A DNA stretch of 32,000 nt from Candidatus Iainarchaeum sp. (GTDB lineage Archaea > Iainarchaeota > Iainarchaeia > Iainarchaeales > 0-14-0-20-30-16). Within the stretch, counting starts at the first letter, position 1. Every line of letters starts with the position of its first letter. Below are positions 24,831 through 32,000 of the stretch, one piece after another. The DNA is taken from the NCBI GenBank assembly GCA_028710695.1, contig JAQTTP010000006.1, forward strand, positions 22,635 through 54,634, read 5' to 3'. The notes beneath the pieces were generated by a model, which saw nothing but the letters and a program-made list of their open reading frames with translations, had not been told where the DNA came from and did no database searches. The position numbers and the translations under genes are program-made.

Positions 24831-26021
24831 TTATTCTTCTTTTTGTAATTGTTTTACAAGTTTTTTAACATTCTTTGTATTGTTCATGAACCCGCCACGG
24901 AAAATAATAACCGCGAAAATTAAAACAATTAGAACTATTGCTCCAATTGTTATTGCTCTGTTTTCCATTGCGAATAAGGCAGTTGGTTTTGAGTTCAAAG
25001 ATGTGCTTGTTCCAGAGATAGGGATAACTGTATTTGTGTCATTAGTATTTTTATCTTCTGTGATTATAATCCCTGTATTTGAGTCCTTACTGTAATCTGG
25101 GCTAGTAGGATTGTTTGTAGATGTCAAATCATTGCTAGTAGGATTGTCAACATTTGATTCTGGCCCACTTGTATTGGTTTGGGTTGTCTCTATATTAGAC
25201 TCTATTTTTGGCTCGTAATTGTCTCTAAACAAAACTGCCTCTTTTCCTAAGAAGTATTCCTTGTTTGTGTGGGAATCTCTTAGGGAAACAGAAATTTCTG
25301 TATCTTTACAGAATCCTACTTCTGAATTATAATCTACTGCGAAAACAAAGCTTTTTGTTTCATTTGATGGTATGTTTGTTATCATTGGAATGTACTTTAC
25401 AACAAAGCAATTTTCATCGTTCTTGAAAACAGGGAAAAAGTCTGAATTTGCCCCTGTGTTTTTTACATTAAATATTACTTTCTCAGAAGGGTTGTTTTTT
25501 CCTATTGCTAAGGTAGTGTAATCCCAAGAAACTACTTCTAAAACAGGGGTAGAATTGTTTGTGTTTGAACTAAATGAATATTTGCCCTCTTTTTCTGTTA
25601 CTTTTACTATAATTTCTTTCTCAAAATCTGTGCTTTTGAATCCGTTATTCGCATTTAGTTTTATTAGGATTTTGTATTCCTTTGGCTCTGTGTTGCTTGG
25701 AACTTTTATGTTTATTGCCTTAGAATATGAAAAGTTTGTATTATCCATGTATGTTGGACTTGTTACTTCTAAGTCGCTTTCAAAGACATAATTTAGCTTT
25801 AACTTGTAATAAGAATCTATATCTATTCCAAGTTTAAGGATTGAAAATGAGCCTTGCTGTAAGCTTAGGTATTCTGCTTCAGGAAGGATCTCTATTGAAA
25901 AGTCTTCATTTTGTGCTTTAATTTGCTTCTCCATATCGAAAGTGGAGTAAGAATAAGAGTTTGCTATTAGTATAAAAAGTAAGATTGCCCCGATGATAAC
26001 AAAGATAACCTTTCTATCCAT
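24831..26021 (-). CDS. Type I membrane-anchored surface protein with beta-sandwich (CARDB-like) modules and an S/T/N-rich stalk
   Basis: The signal/anchor is MDRKVIFVIIGAILLFILIANS. Modules with KVIFNVKNTGANS-type strands follow. The stalk is TTQTNTSGPESNVDNPTSNDLTSTNNPTSPDYSKDSNT. The C-terminal TM AITIGAIVLIVLIFAVIIF is followed by a basic tail. Confidence 0.7.
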   Translation of the reverse strand: MDRKVIFVIIGAILLFILIANSYSYSTFDMEKQIKAQNEDFSIEILPEAEYLSLQQGSFSILKLGIDIDSYYKLKLNYVFESDLEVTSPTYMDNTNFSYSKAINIKVPSNTEPKEYKILIKLNANNGFKSTDFEKEIIVKVTEKEGKYSFSSNTNNSTPVLEVVSWDYTTLAIGKNNPSEKVIFNVKNTGANSDFFPVFKNDENCFVVKYIPMITNIPSNETKSFVFAVDYNSEVGFCKDTEISVSLRDSHTNKEYFLGKEAVLFRDNYEPKIESNIETTQTNTSGPESNVDNPTSNDLTSTNNPTSPDYSKDSNTGIIITEDKNTNDTNTVIPISGTSTSLNSKPTALFAMENRAITIGAIVLIVLIFAVIIFRGGFMNNTKNVKKLVKQLQKEE

Positions 26022-26042
26022 GTTAACTTGTTAACTCAAACA

Positions 26043-26056
26043 ATATATAAATATAT
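26043..26056 (-). promoter_or_regulatory. TATA-box-like element, about 29 nt upstream of the start at 26021 (likely leaderless)
   Basis: ATATATAAATATAT is centred about 29 nt from the ATG. No Shine-Dalgarno intervenes. Confidence 0.45.
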
Positions 26057-26109
26057 CTCTTATTACTTGAGTTTTTTGTTCAATGATGAGTGGTTTTCCA
26101 GTTAAAATT

Positions 26110-27258
26110 TTACTTAAATAATGAAACAAACCAATCAATTATTATTTGGAAAAAACCCCTATCTTCTTTTTCTTGCGGTTCTGCTTCTTCTTGCTCTGGT
26201 ATGGATGGTACGGACTTTCCTGTCATCAATGTTTCGCATTTATCTTTGCCGATGAATTCTCCGTCTATAAAACAATCTGCAGGGGGTCCATTGTCTGAAG
26301 GTTTTTCTTTACTTGTTGGTTCATTGCTGACTAGTGCTTTACAATCATCTTCGCCAATAAAATTTCCATTAATTATACATTCTTGAGGTGGTCCATCATC
26401 GGATTTATTATAATTGGGCTGGCCCTTAACTTCTGTCTGTACTTCTTTGCCTATTTTACTTTCATATTTTTGGGCATAATCAACTAAGGTTTTCAAAGAT
26501 TCCTTGGAACATCCGCCTCCGCCTTGCATCCCTGATTCTGTTACTGTTTCATTCATGTCGGGGTGAGTTTTTGTAAATTGTTCGCAATTAGTCGTATTGG
26601 TATTATAAATAGAAACTCTTTTCAGCTTTTTGAGGTTATCAAGACAGGACAAATCTCCCGTAATGTCCGGGTTTCCCGGATACTCATCTGCTATACCTAG
26701 CTCTTCAAGATTGGTTAACTTACTGAATACACAGATATCACCACTGACAAAAGTGCCGCTAACATATATTGCCTTTAAGTTTGGCATATTGGCAAAAACA
26801 GATATATCTCCGGAAATATTTGTATGTGTCATTGCAAAAGTCTCTAACTTAGTCAAATCTTTCAAGCAAGAAATATCTCCTGTTATTTTTGGGTCAAAGG
26901 CAAATTTCAAGCTTCTTAAATTTGTGGCTCCTGCTAGCGAACAGATATCACCATAAACATCAGGATTGGAATAAAGACTAAAAACATCCAGATTTACTAA
27001 ATTTTTCAAATTAGCAATATCTCCAGTAATTGTTCTGTCGGTTGCATCCATGTACTGCAAGCAAGTCAAATCCTTAAGTTGGTTTACATCTTTGAGTAGA
27101 TCTATATTATTAATTCGGATAAAATTCTCATCTTGATAAGCCATCTGGTAATCTTTATACACGGAAGTTGTAATATCTCCAGATTGGCATGGCGCAATGG
27201 CGTAAATAAAACTTACTGACAAAACTACCAATAATAAAAATAAAATTATTTTTCTCAT
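26110..27258 (-). CDS. Secreted leucine-rich-repeat protein with GDI(S/C/A)-type repeats of about 24 aa and a twin Cys-motif C-terminal region
   Basis: The signal peptide is MRKIILFLLLVVLSVSFIYAIAPC. The repeats are TGDIANLKNLVNLDVFSL.., GDICSLAGATNLRSLKFA.., GDISCLKDLTKLETFAM.., GDISVFANMPNLKAIYV.., GDICVFSKLTNLEELGI.. and GDLSCLDNLKKLKRVSI... The C-terminal motifs are DDGPPQECIINGNFIGEDDCKALV and DNGPPADCFIDGEFIGKDKCETLM. The protein ends in the hydrophobic tail RGFFQIIIDWFVSLFK. Confidence 0.8.
   Translation of the reverse strand: MRKIILFLLLVVLSVSFIYAIAPCQSGDITTSVYKDYQMAYQDENFIRINNIDLLKDVNQLKDLTCLQYMDATDRTITGDIANLKNLVNLDVFSLYSNPDVYGDICSLAGATNLRSLKFAFDPKITGDISCLKDLTKLETFAMTHTNISGDISVFANMPNLKAIYVSGTFVSGDICVFSKLTNLEELGIADEYPGNPDITGDLSCLDNLKKLKRVSIYNTNTTNCEQFTKTHPDMNETVTESGMQGGGGCSKESLKTLVDYAQKYESKIGKEVQTEVKGQPNYNKSDDGPPQECIINGNFIGEDDCKALVSNEPTSKEKPSDNGPPADCFIDGEFIGKDKCETLMTGKSVPSIPEQEEAEPQEKEDRGFFQIIIDWFVSLFK
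26593..27180 (-). repeat. Tandem LRR coding repeats (period about 72 nt)
   Basis: At least six consecutive units are seen in the translation. Each starts with GD(I/L)(A/S/C) and carries an L..L..L core. Confidence 0.7.
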
Positions 27259-27365
27259 TTAAACAACCCTATCATTAACAGGTTACATTGTATTTAAATG
27301 TTTATAAAATCTTGGCTTGTTTTTTAATCGCATATTATGTGAAATTTGGAGCTCTACATTTGAAC

Positions 27366-27380
27366 GTATAAATATATAAA
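27366..27380 (+). promoter_or_regulatory. TATA-box-like element, about 29 nt upstream of ATG 27402 (likely leaderless)
   Basis: GTATAAATATATAAA. No Shine-Dalgarno lies before the ATG. Confidence 0.45.
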
Positions 27381-27401
27381 CAATGACAACAATCCTATTT
27401 T

Positions 27402-27866
27402 ATGAACTATAAACACACTCAAATTGGTTACCTAATGCTGATTGTTACACTGGCTGTGCTGGTGCTTTTTGTATGGACTTATATTACTGCCTCTGCTGAA
27501 CCCCCCTCATACTACTCAGGCACAAATTTTGCCTTTACCGCTATAATGGTATTAATTCTGTTTATTCTTGCTTCCTTTGCGTCACTTCAAGTAATTATTG
27601 ATGAAAAATATTTACGAATCAAGTTTGGATATGGTATTTTTCGGAAAAAGTTTTTGCTTAATGAGATAAAGTCTGCTAAAACCGTAAAGAATCATTGGTG
27701 TTATGGGTGGGGAATAAGAAGGTGGTTCTGGCCCAAGATGTGGATCTACAATGTTTCCGGTTTTGATGCGGTTGAAATAAAACTGAAAAATGGTAAAACA
27801 TACAGAATAGGCACTGATGAACCTAAAAAATTAGAAGAAGCAATTCTGCATTTAATTAAACAATGA
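27402..27866 (+). CDS. Two-TM membrane protein with a small C-terminal beta-rich (PH-like?) domain
   Basis: Two helices are present: IGYLMLIVTLAVLVLFVWTYI and FAFTAIMVLILFILASFASL. They are followed by QVIIDEKYLRIKFGYGIFRKKFLLNEIKSAKTV...VEIKLKNGKTYRIGTDEPKKLEEAI. The function is not recognised with confidence. Confidence 0.6.
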   Translation: MNYKHTQIGYLMLIVTLAVLVLFVWTYITASAEPPSYYSGTNFAFTAIMVLILFILASFASLQVIIDEKYLRIKFGYGIFRKKFLLNEIKSAKTVKNHWCYGWGIRRWFWPKMWIYNVSGFDAVEIKLKNGKTYRIGTDEPKKLEEAILHLIKQ

Positions 27867-27922
27867 AGAAAAGCGGTATTCTGAACTTGAATCACGCTGT
27901 GTTTTCTTAACTCTTCTGAAAG

Positions 27923-27970
27923 TATTTATATAAATATCCTTTTTATTTTATACGTACATAATATATATAG
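27923..27970 (+). promoter_or_regulatory. Candidate promoter(s) of the giant surface gene
   Basis: Two TATA-like boxes are present: TATTTATATAAATAT (27923-27937) and ACATAATATATATAG (27956-27970). The second lies about 36 nt before ATG 27999 and would give a short leader carrying GGTGAT (27990-27995). Confidence 0.4.
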
Positions 27971-27998
27971 TCACGCACGCACGCGCTTTGGTGATTTT

Positions 27999-30900
27999 AT
28001 GGGTTTAGGCGAATTTTTTGGAAAAATAAACGAGAAAATGAATGCTGGTTTTGACAGTATTATTGCTTTTTTGGATGAAAAAGGCATTCCTGCACAAAAG
28101 TATGCTGACTTTTTGGAAGAAAAAGGAATCCCCGCAATGTGGTTTACTCTTTTAATCATCGCCTTGATTATAGCTGTAATTGTTTTACTAGTAACCGTTG
28201 TATTCGCCTCAAGTGTAACCCTAAATCTATCTATAATGACTGATGATGGAACAACCCCAAGTTCAGTATTTTTGAATATTACTGGTTTGGATGGCGAGAT
28301 TTTTTTGTCTGAGCAGGTTCAAAATGGAACGCAGGTAAAAATAAAAGGAATTGGAGTTGGAGATTCTCTGTTCTTAAATTCAAGTTTGGAAGGATATAGC
28401 TTTACCTCCCCCTCAGAACTACCTATCTCTGAAAAAGAGATGTTGGTATCTTTGATTTTTGAAAAACAAGAAAAAACTGGAAAAGTAAGTTTTAAAGTAA
28501 TTAATGGTGAAGAACAGACAACTGTGGGAAGTGCAAAGCTTTCTATTTATGATGATGATGAGTTATTGGTAGAAGGGACTACTGATGAGTATGGTGGTTT
28601 TGATGCAGTACTGCCTTTGAAAAAAGTGAACTTGACAATTGACAGAGACGGATATGAACAATATACAAAGTCAGTTGAATTACTTGAAAATAAAGATTAT
28701 ATCTTCGAGCTTAGCCCCAAAGAATTTGATTCAAGTGAAGAGGGGTCTTTTAAGTTTGTTGTAAAGGATATGACACAAAATGCTTTGAATAATGTGAAGA
28801 TTGATGTTTATAATATAAAAACCAATGCAAAGCTTGGAAGTACAAATACAAATGAAGATGGTATTGGGGTATTTTCTGCAAAGAAAGGAACATCAATAAG
28901 ATTTGTTGCGCAGAAAGACGGATTTGCAGTATTTGACTCTAATGCAGAAGGAATCTCAAGAACTTTATTGACAGACGAAGAAGTTATTTCTTTTATGATG
29001 CCTATTGGTGGCGGAAAATTAAGTGTTATTGTGGTTGACTCTTTGGGTGTTGGAATTCAAGAAGCAAAAGTTTCTTTGTATACAACAATGCTTATTGAGC
29101 AATTAACACAAAATACCGATATTGGCGGGACAACAGATTTCTCTGGATTGGATTATACAATTTTGAAATACATTTCTGTTTATAGAGAAGGGTATTATCC
29201 ACAAACAAGATTATTGGACAGTACTTCTGAAATGAAATTTGAAATGGAAAAAGTAGATTTGTCAAAAGCAGCAATAGTTGATGTGTTTGTTATTGACAAA
29301 GATAATAAGCCAGTTGGAAGTGCAACGTTAGAATTTAAGTATGATGTTAACGGTGAATTATATCCAATAGCACATCCTAATCCAATTACATCTGTTACTG
29401 GTTATTTTACTTTTAACTTAAAACCAGATATTACTTTGACTGTGTCTGCAAATACAGACGACAAGTATGGTGAAGCATCTTTATTATTGAAAGCAGGAAG
29501 AAATAGAATTGATGTAAAAATGGAAAACACAGGAAGCAAATTTACAATGTACTTATACGACAAATATGGAAAGCCATTGGCAAATGCACATGTAATGCTT
29601 TTTGATAAACAAGGAAATTTAGTTTATGATGGATACACTGATGCAATGGGCAGAATTGAAGCAGACGCATTAGGAAACAAAGAATTGGATATGTTTGTTA
29701 CTGATGAAAATGGAAATACATACTCACAAACAATAAATCCAAAAGATAAAATGCAAATAAAACTGGATGATAATAAAAATAAAGACAAGTTATTTGTTTC
29801 TTTGTCTAAGGTAACTGACTTAGAAGGTAAAGAAGTCAGTGCTATGCAAAAAGGAAAAACTTATTTATTGGTATTTAATTTGTTTTGGCCAGAGGGGTTA
29901 TACTCTGGTGGGCTGCACATAAGATTGGGTTCAGATAGTGAAAAATATGTTGCAAATCAAGATGTGGGAATTATTGGATTTGATGGTGTTGCAGACAATT
30001 TCAAATATGGAATTAGTTATTCTCCATTACCTTTGCCAGGGGATTATTCAGTAGATTATTATTCTACTGGTGTTGCAGGGCAGTTTAACAAATGGTTAGA
30101 ATTATATTTCACAAATCCATCTGGAAATAGCAATTTGAAAGTAAGAGTAAAATCCAAAGCAACAACAGATCTGAACTCTATGGAAATAAGATACAGGGCT
30201 TGGACACAAGATACTAATGATGGCTTTACAAGAAACCCAGTAGACTCTATGTTGGGTACAAAAGAAAATATTACAACAAAATATAGTTTGTATGCAGACA
30301 CCTACCTAAAAGAACTTCAATTAATGGATGGGTCCTTGAATTGTGAAAATGATGTTTGTGTATCATATACAATTTTAGATGATCAATTTACTTATGATAT
30401 TGCAAAGTTCAATGGTGTGTTAGATTATTATTATGCCTTAGATTTAGAATTAACATCTATTATTGAACAACAAGTTTCTTTGTCTGTTCAGACAGAAGAT
30501 GATCCAAAACTTTATTTGAATAATTATTCTGAAAATATAACTGAGTTTTCTCCAAAAGATGAAAAAAATACAAAGCAAAATGTTCCAGTTGATATGTCTT
30601 CAATGGAGAAAAAGAAAGTAAGATTTTATTTCAACCCTTTCAAAGAAGGGCTTACAAATATTGTTGTGAAAACAATTACAACAAAAGGAGTAATTGAGAA
30701 AAATATTCCTGTAAATATTTTCCCTAAAAAAGAAATGGAAGTAATTTTGAATGCAGATTTTATCCCTCTTGGCGAAGACTTCCCAATAATAGTTAAGGAA
30801 AAAGGCGGAAATTATTTAACGAATGCAAAAATTACAATATTAAATAAAAAAACAAATAAGAATGCAATGTTTGTTGAAGGTACTGGCAAAGTTGACTTTG

Positions 30901-32000
30901 GAAAAGACGGAAGATATTTAATAAAAAATACTTTGGCTAGTGGATTTTACCTAGTTTCAGTTAGTGTGCCTGGATACTTACCAACTGAATTAGAAATTTT
31001 GGTTGGAAATGTAGGTGCATTATTTGTTAAAAGCGATAATGAATTGGTAATTCCAAAAAACACAAAACAAGGAACTGTAAAGATTGCAGTTCAAAATAAA
31101 ACAAAAATGCCAGTTGAGTCAATGTCAGTAAATATCGTTAGTTCAAGCTTGAGTCCAAACTTTGGGATAAGTGCAAAAATGGTTACTGGATTTATTGCAG
31201 CAAATGGAACTTCGGAATTAATGGTAATGGGTTCTTATAACGGCGAAGAAGAAAGAGAAAATGGTGTTGTAGAACTAGAAATTGTTGGAGTTCAAAATAA
31301 GAATGAAATTACAAAAATAAAAACAAAAGTATTTGTTTATTATAATAAAGAAATAAAGAACACAAGCTGTTTGTGGGCAAGTAAAGAGGCATTAATTTAT
31401 AGTTTGCCTGCTGTGCAAAATTCAAAAATTGAAGATAGTATTCTATTTAGAAATAATTGTGAGTTTGATTTGAAAGTAACTCCTCAAATGATATCTGATG
31501 ACTTATCAAATTACGGTTTGCAATTGAACTTGCAAGGATTTGATTTGAAAAAAGGAGAAGAGAAATCAATAAAATTCACATTAGTAAATTTAACTCCAAT
31601 AGCAATGGCAGATGAAACAAAAGTATTGTCATTGTATTTAGTAACGGATTATTTTACAAAGAATATTCCAATGAATGTTACAATTTGGAATGCTGCAAGT
31701 TCATTATCAATAATTACTGCTGGGCACGTATTTATTTCTGCGTTTAAAGAAATGCAAGGGCAATATGTTCCAGTAATTGTACAAAATAATGGAAGATTGC
31801 CAATATACAATATCCAAGTAATGGCATCTAATAATAGGTATCAAATGCAATCATATAATTATGGTGCTAATAATTATGGTTCAAACTTTTTGAATAGTTA
31901 TAGTCAGTTAAATAACAACAGATATAACCAGCAAGGTTATAATTCACAAGTAAATAATTATGGTGTTGATGCATATACTTACAATCCTTTATCTAATGGC
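27999..32000 (+). CDS. Giant N-terminally anchored surface protein with tandem CarboxypepD_reg/PEGA-like and CARDB-like modules and a Q/N/Y-rich tract; 3'-truncated by the window edge (more than 1,334 codons)
   Basis: This ORF is not in the supplied ORF track. My manual translation from ATG 27999 (GGTGAT RBS 4 nt upstream; in-frame TGA at 27888-27890) found no stop through base 32000. I re-checked the frame at 29040, 30000, 31020 and 31860. The product begins MGLGEFFGKINEKMNAGFDSIIAFLDEKGIPAQKYADFLEEKGIPA, followed by the TM MWFTLLIIALIIAVIVLLVTVVFA. Six modules of about 87 aa follow (e.g. GKVSFKVINGEEQTTVGSAKLSIYDDDELLVEGTTDEYGGFDAVLPLKKVNLTIDRDGY; SKFTMYLYDKYGKPLANAHVMLFDKQGNLVYDGYTDAMGRIEA). 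Later come CARDB-like strands (GTVKIAVQNKTKMPVESMSVNIV; QYVPVIVQNNGRLPIYNIQV). Confidence 0.85.
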   Translation, partial: MGLGEFFGKINEKMNAGFDSIIAFLDEKGIPAQKYADFLEEKGIPAMWFTLLIIALIIAVIVLLVTVVFASSVTLNLSIMTDDGTTPSSVFLNITGLDGEIFLSEQVQNGTQVKIKGIGVGDSLFLNSSLEGYSFTSPSELPISEKEMLVSLIFEKQEKTGKVSFKVINGEEQTTVGSAKLSIYDDDELLVEGTTDEYGGFDAVLPLKKVNLTIDRDGYEQYTKSVELLENKDYIFELSPKEFDSSEEGSFKFVVKDMTQNALNNVKIDVYNIKTNAKLGSTNTNEDGIGVFSAKKGTSIRFVAQKDGFAVFDSNAEGISRTLLTDEEVISFMMPIGGGKLSVIVVDSLGVGIQEAKVSLYTTMLIEQLTQNTDIGGTTDFSGLDYTILKYISVYREGYYPQTRLLDSTSEMKFEMEKVDLSKAAIVDVFVIDKDNKPVGSATLEFKYDVNGELYPIAHPNPITSVTGYFTFNLKPDITLTVSANTDDKYGEASLLLKAGRNRIDVKMENTGSKFTMYLYDKYGKPLANAHVMLFDKQGNLVYDGYTDAMGRIEADALGNKELDMFVTDENGNTYSQTINPKDKMQIKLDDNKNKDKLFVSLSKVTDLEGKEVSAMQKGKTYLLVFNLFWPEGLYSGGLHIRLGSDSEKYVANQDVGIIGFDGVADNFKYGISYSPLPLPGDYSVDYYSTGVAGQFNKWLELYFTNPSGNSNLKVRVKSKATTDLNSMEIRYRAWTQDTNDGFTRNPVDSMLGTKENITTKYSLYADTYLKELQLMDGSLNCENDVCVSYTILDDQFTYDIAKFNGVLDYYYALDLELTSIIEQQVSLSVQTEDDPKLYLNNYSENITEFSPKDEKNTKQNVPVDMSSMEKKKVRFYFNPFKEGLTNIVVKTITTKGVIEKNIPVNIFPKKEMEVILNADFIPLGEDFPIIVKEKGGNYLTNAKITILNKKTNKNAMFVEGTGKVDFGKDGRYLIKNTLASGFYLVSVSVPGYLPTELEILVGNVGALFVKSDNELVIPKNTKQGTVKIAVQNKTKMPVESMSVNIVSSSLSPNFGISAKMVTGFIAANGTSELMVMGSYNGEEERENGVVELEIVGVQNKNEITKIKTKVFVYYNKEIKNTSCLWASKEALIYSLPAVQNSKIEDSILFRNNCEFDLKVTPQMISDDLSNYGLQLNLQGFDLKKGEEKSIKFTLVNLTPIAMADETKVLSLYLVTDYFTKNIPMNVTIWNAASSLSIITAGHVFISAFKEMQGQYVPVIVQNNGRLPIYNIQVMASNNRYQMQSYNYGANNYGSNFLNSYSQLNNNRYNQQGYNSQVNNYGVDAYTYNPLSNG
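28209..29770 (+). repeat. Six tandem beta-sandwich-domain coding repeats of about 87 aa inside the giant gene
   Basis: A recurrent pattern is seen in the translation. It is h-x-h-x-V-x-D, then G-x-P-(L/V)-x-x-A-x-V-x-L, then T-(D/N)-x-x-G, a hydrophobic strand, and finally (D/E)-G-Y. The repeats are protein-level only; the DNA has diverged. Confidence 0.65.

Noticed and set aside
26022-26035. GTTAAC-TT-GTTAAC tandem palindromic hexamers abutting the start codon of the 396-aa surface gene, between the TATA-like box and the ATG.
   Set aside because: This could be an operator, but 14 nt of A/T-rich sequence is too short to distinguish from chance without genome-wide counts or conservation data.
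23853-26956. ORFs 23853-24287 (-), 24193-24426 (-), 24320-24529 (+), 24880-25095 (+), 25555-25791 (+), 26090-26386 (+) and 26630-26956 (+).
   Set aside because: They are antisense or off-frame relative to mgtE, the kinase-like gene, the 396-aa surface gene and the LRR gene. Their repetitive look simply reflects the repeats on the true coding strand.
27971-30301. Minus-strand ORFs 27971-28159, 29092-29274 and 30059-30301, the only track entries in the last 4 kb.
   Set aside because: They are antisense to the continuous open frame of more than 1,334 codons starting at 27999. The duplicated GIPFSSKK/GMPFSSKK in the first is the mirror of the FL(D/E)EKGIPA duplication.
1-32000. Looked for rRNA/tRNA genes (GGTTCGAATCC-type T-arm), C/D-box sRNAs in intergenic gaps, CRISPR repeats, IS/transposase/integrase genes, reverse transcriptase/DGR template-variable repeat pairs, and toxin-antitoxin pairs.
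   Set aside because: I found none by eye. Intergenic gaps are short (mostly under 140 nt) and are accounted for by promoters and terminators. A covariance-model scan (tRNAscan/Infernal) would be needed to exclude small ncRNAs formally.

Overview
This is a gene-dense, AT-rich archaeal window. Spot counts of single 60-nt lines give about 32% GC in typical genes and 40-47% in a few. All calls come from manual translation and motif recognition; no homology search was possible.

Housekeeping genes recognised by motif:
- Ogg-type N-glycosylase/DNA lyase
- CysRS
- Cdc48/VAT double AAA+ ATPase
- PAC2-like proteasome chaperone
- Ribosomal proteins L15e, S15 and S3Ae
- RNase P protein subunits Rpp30 and Pop5
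- Bud32 kinase
- UPF0147 protein
- MgtE

The archaea-specific markers, GGTGAT/GGAGG ribosome-binding sites and A/T-rich TATA boxes 25-35 nt upstream of many ATGs fit a small-genome archaeon. A DPANN-like lineage is an inference only.

Orphan envelope genes sit between these core genes:
1. A translationally coupled four-gene cluster of type IV pilin-like (class III signal peptide-like) Cys-paired proteins at 6101-8690.
2. A coupled polytopic membrane protein, a 1,444-aa orphan protein and a 41-aa basic peptide at 9910-14874. The giant protein ends in an IPLTG + hydrophobic + KREDE tripartite sorting signal.
3. A patatin-like phospholipase overlapping a minimal archaeosortase-family gene with Cys/Arg/His motifs, at 18164-19515.
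4. A surface-protein block at 24831-32000: a CARDB-like anchored protein, a GDIS-type LRR protein, and an N-terminally anchored ORF of more than 1,334 codons starting at 27999. That ORF is absent from the supplied ORF track because it runs off the window.

The best candidate for an undescribed system is the combination of the pilin-like cluster, the IPLTG-CTERM giant protein and the patatin-archaeosortase pair, read as a putative surface-appendage, sorting or host-contact module.

No rRNA, tRNA, CRISPR array, transposase or integrase was recognised.
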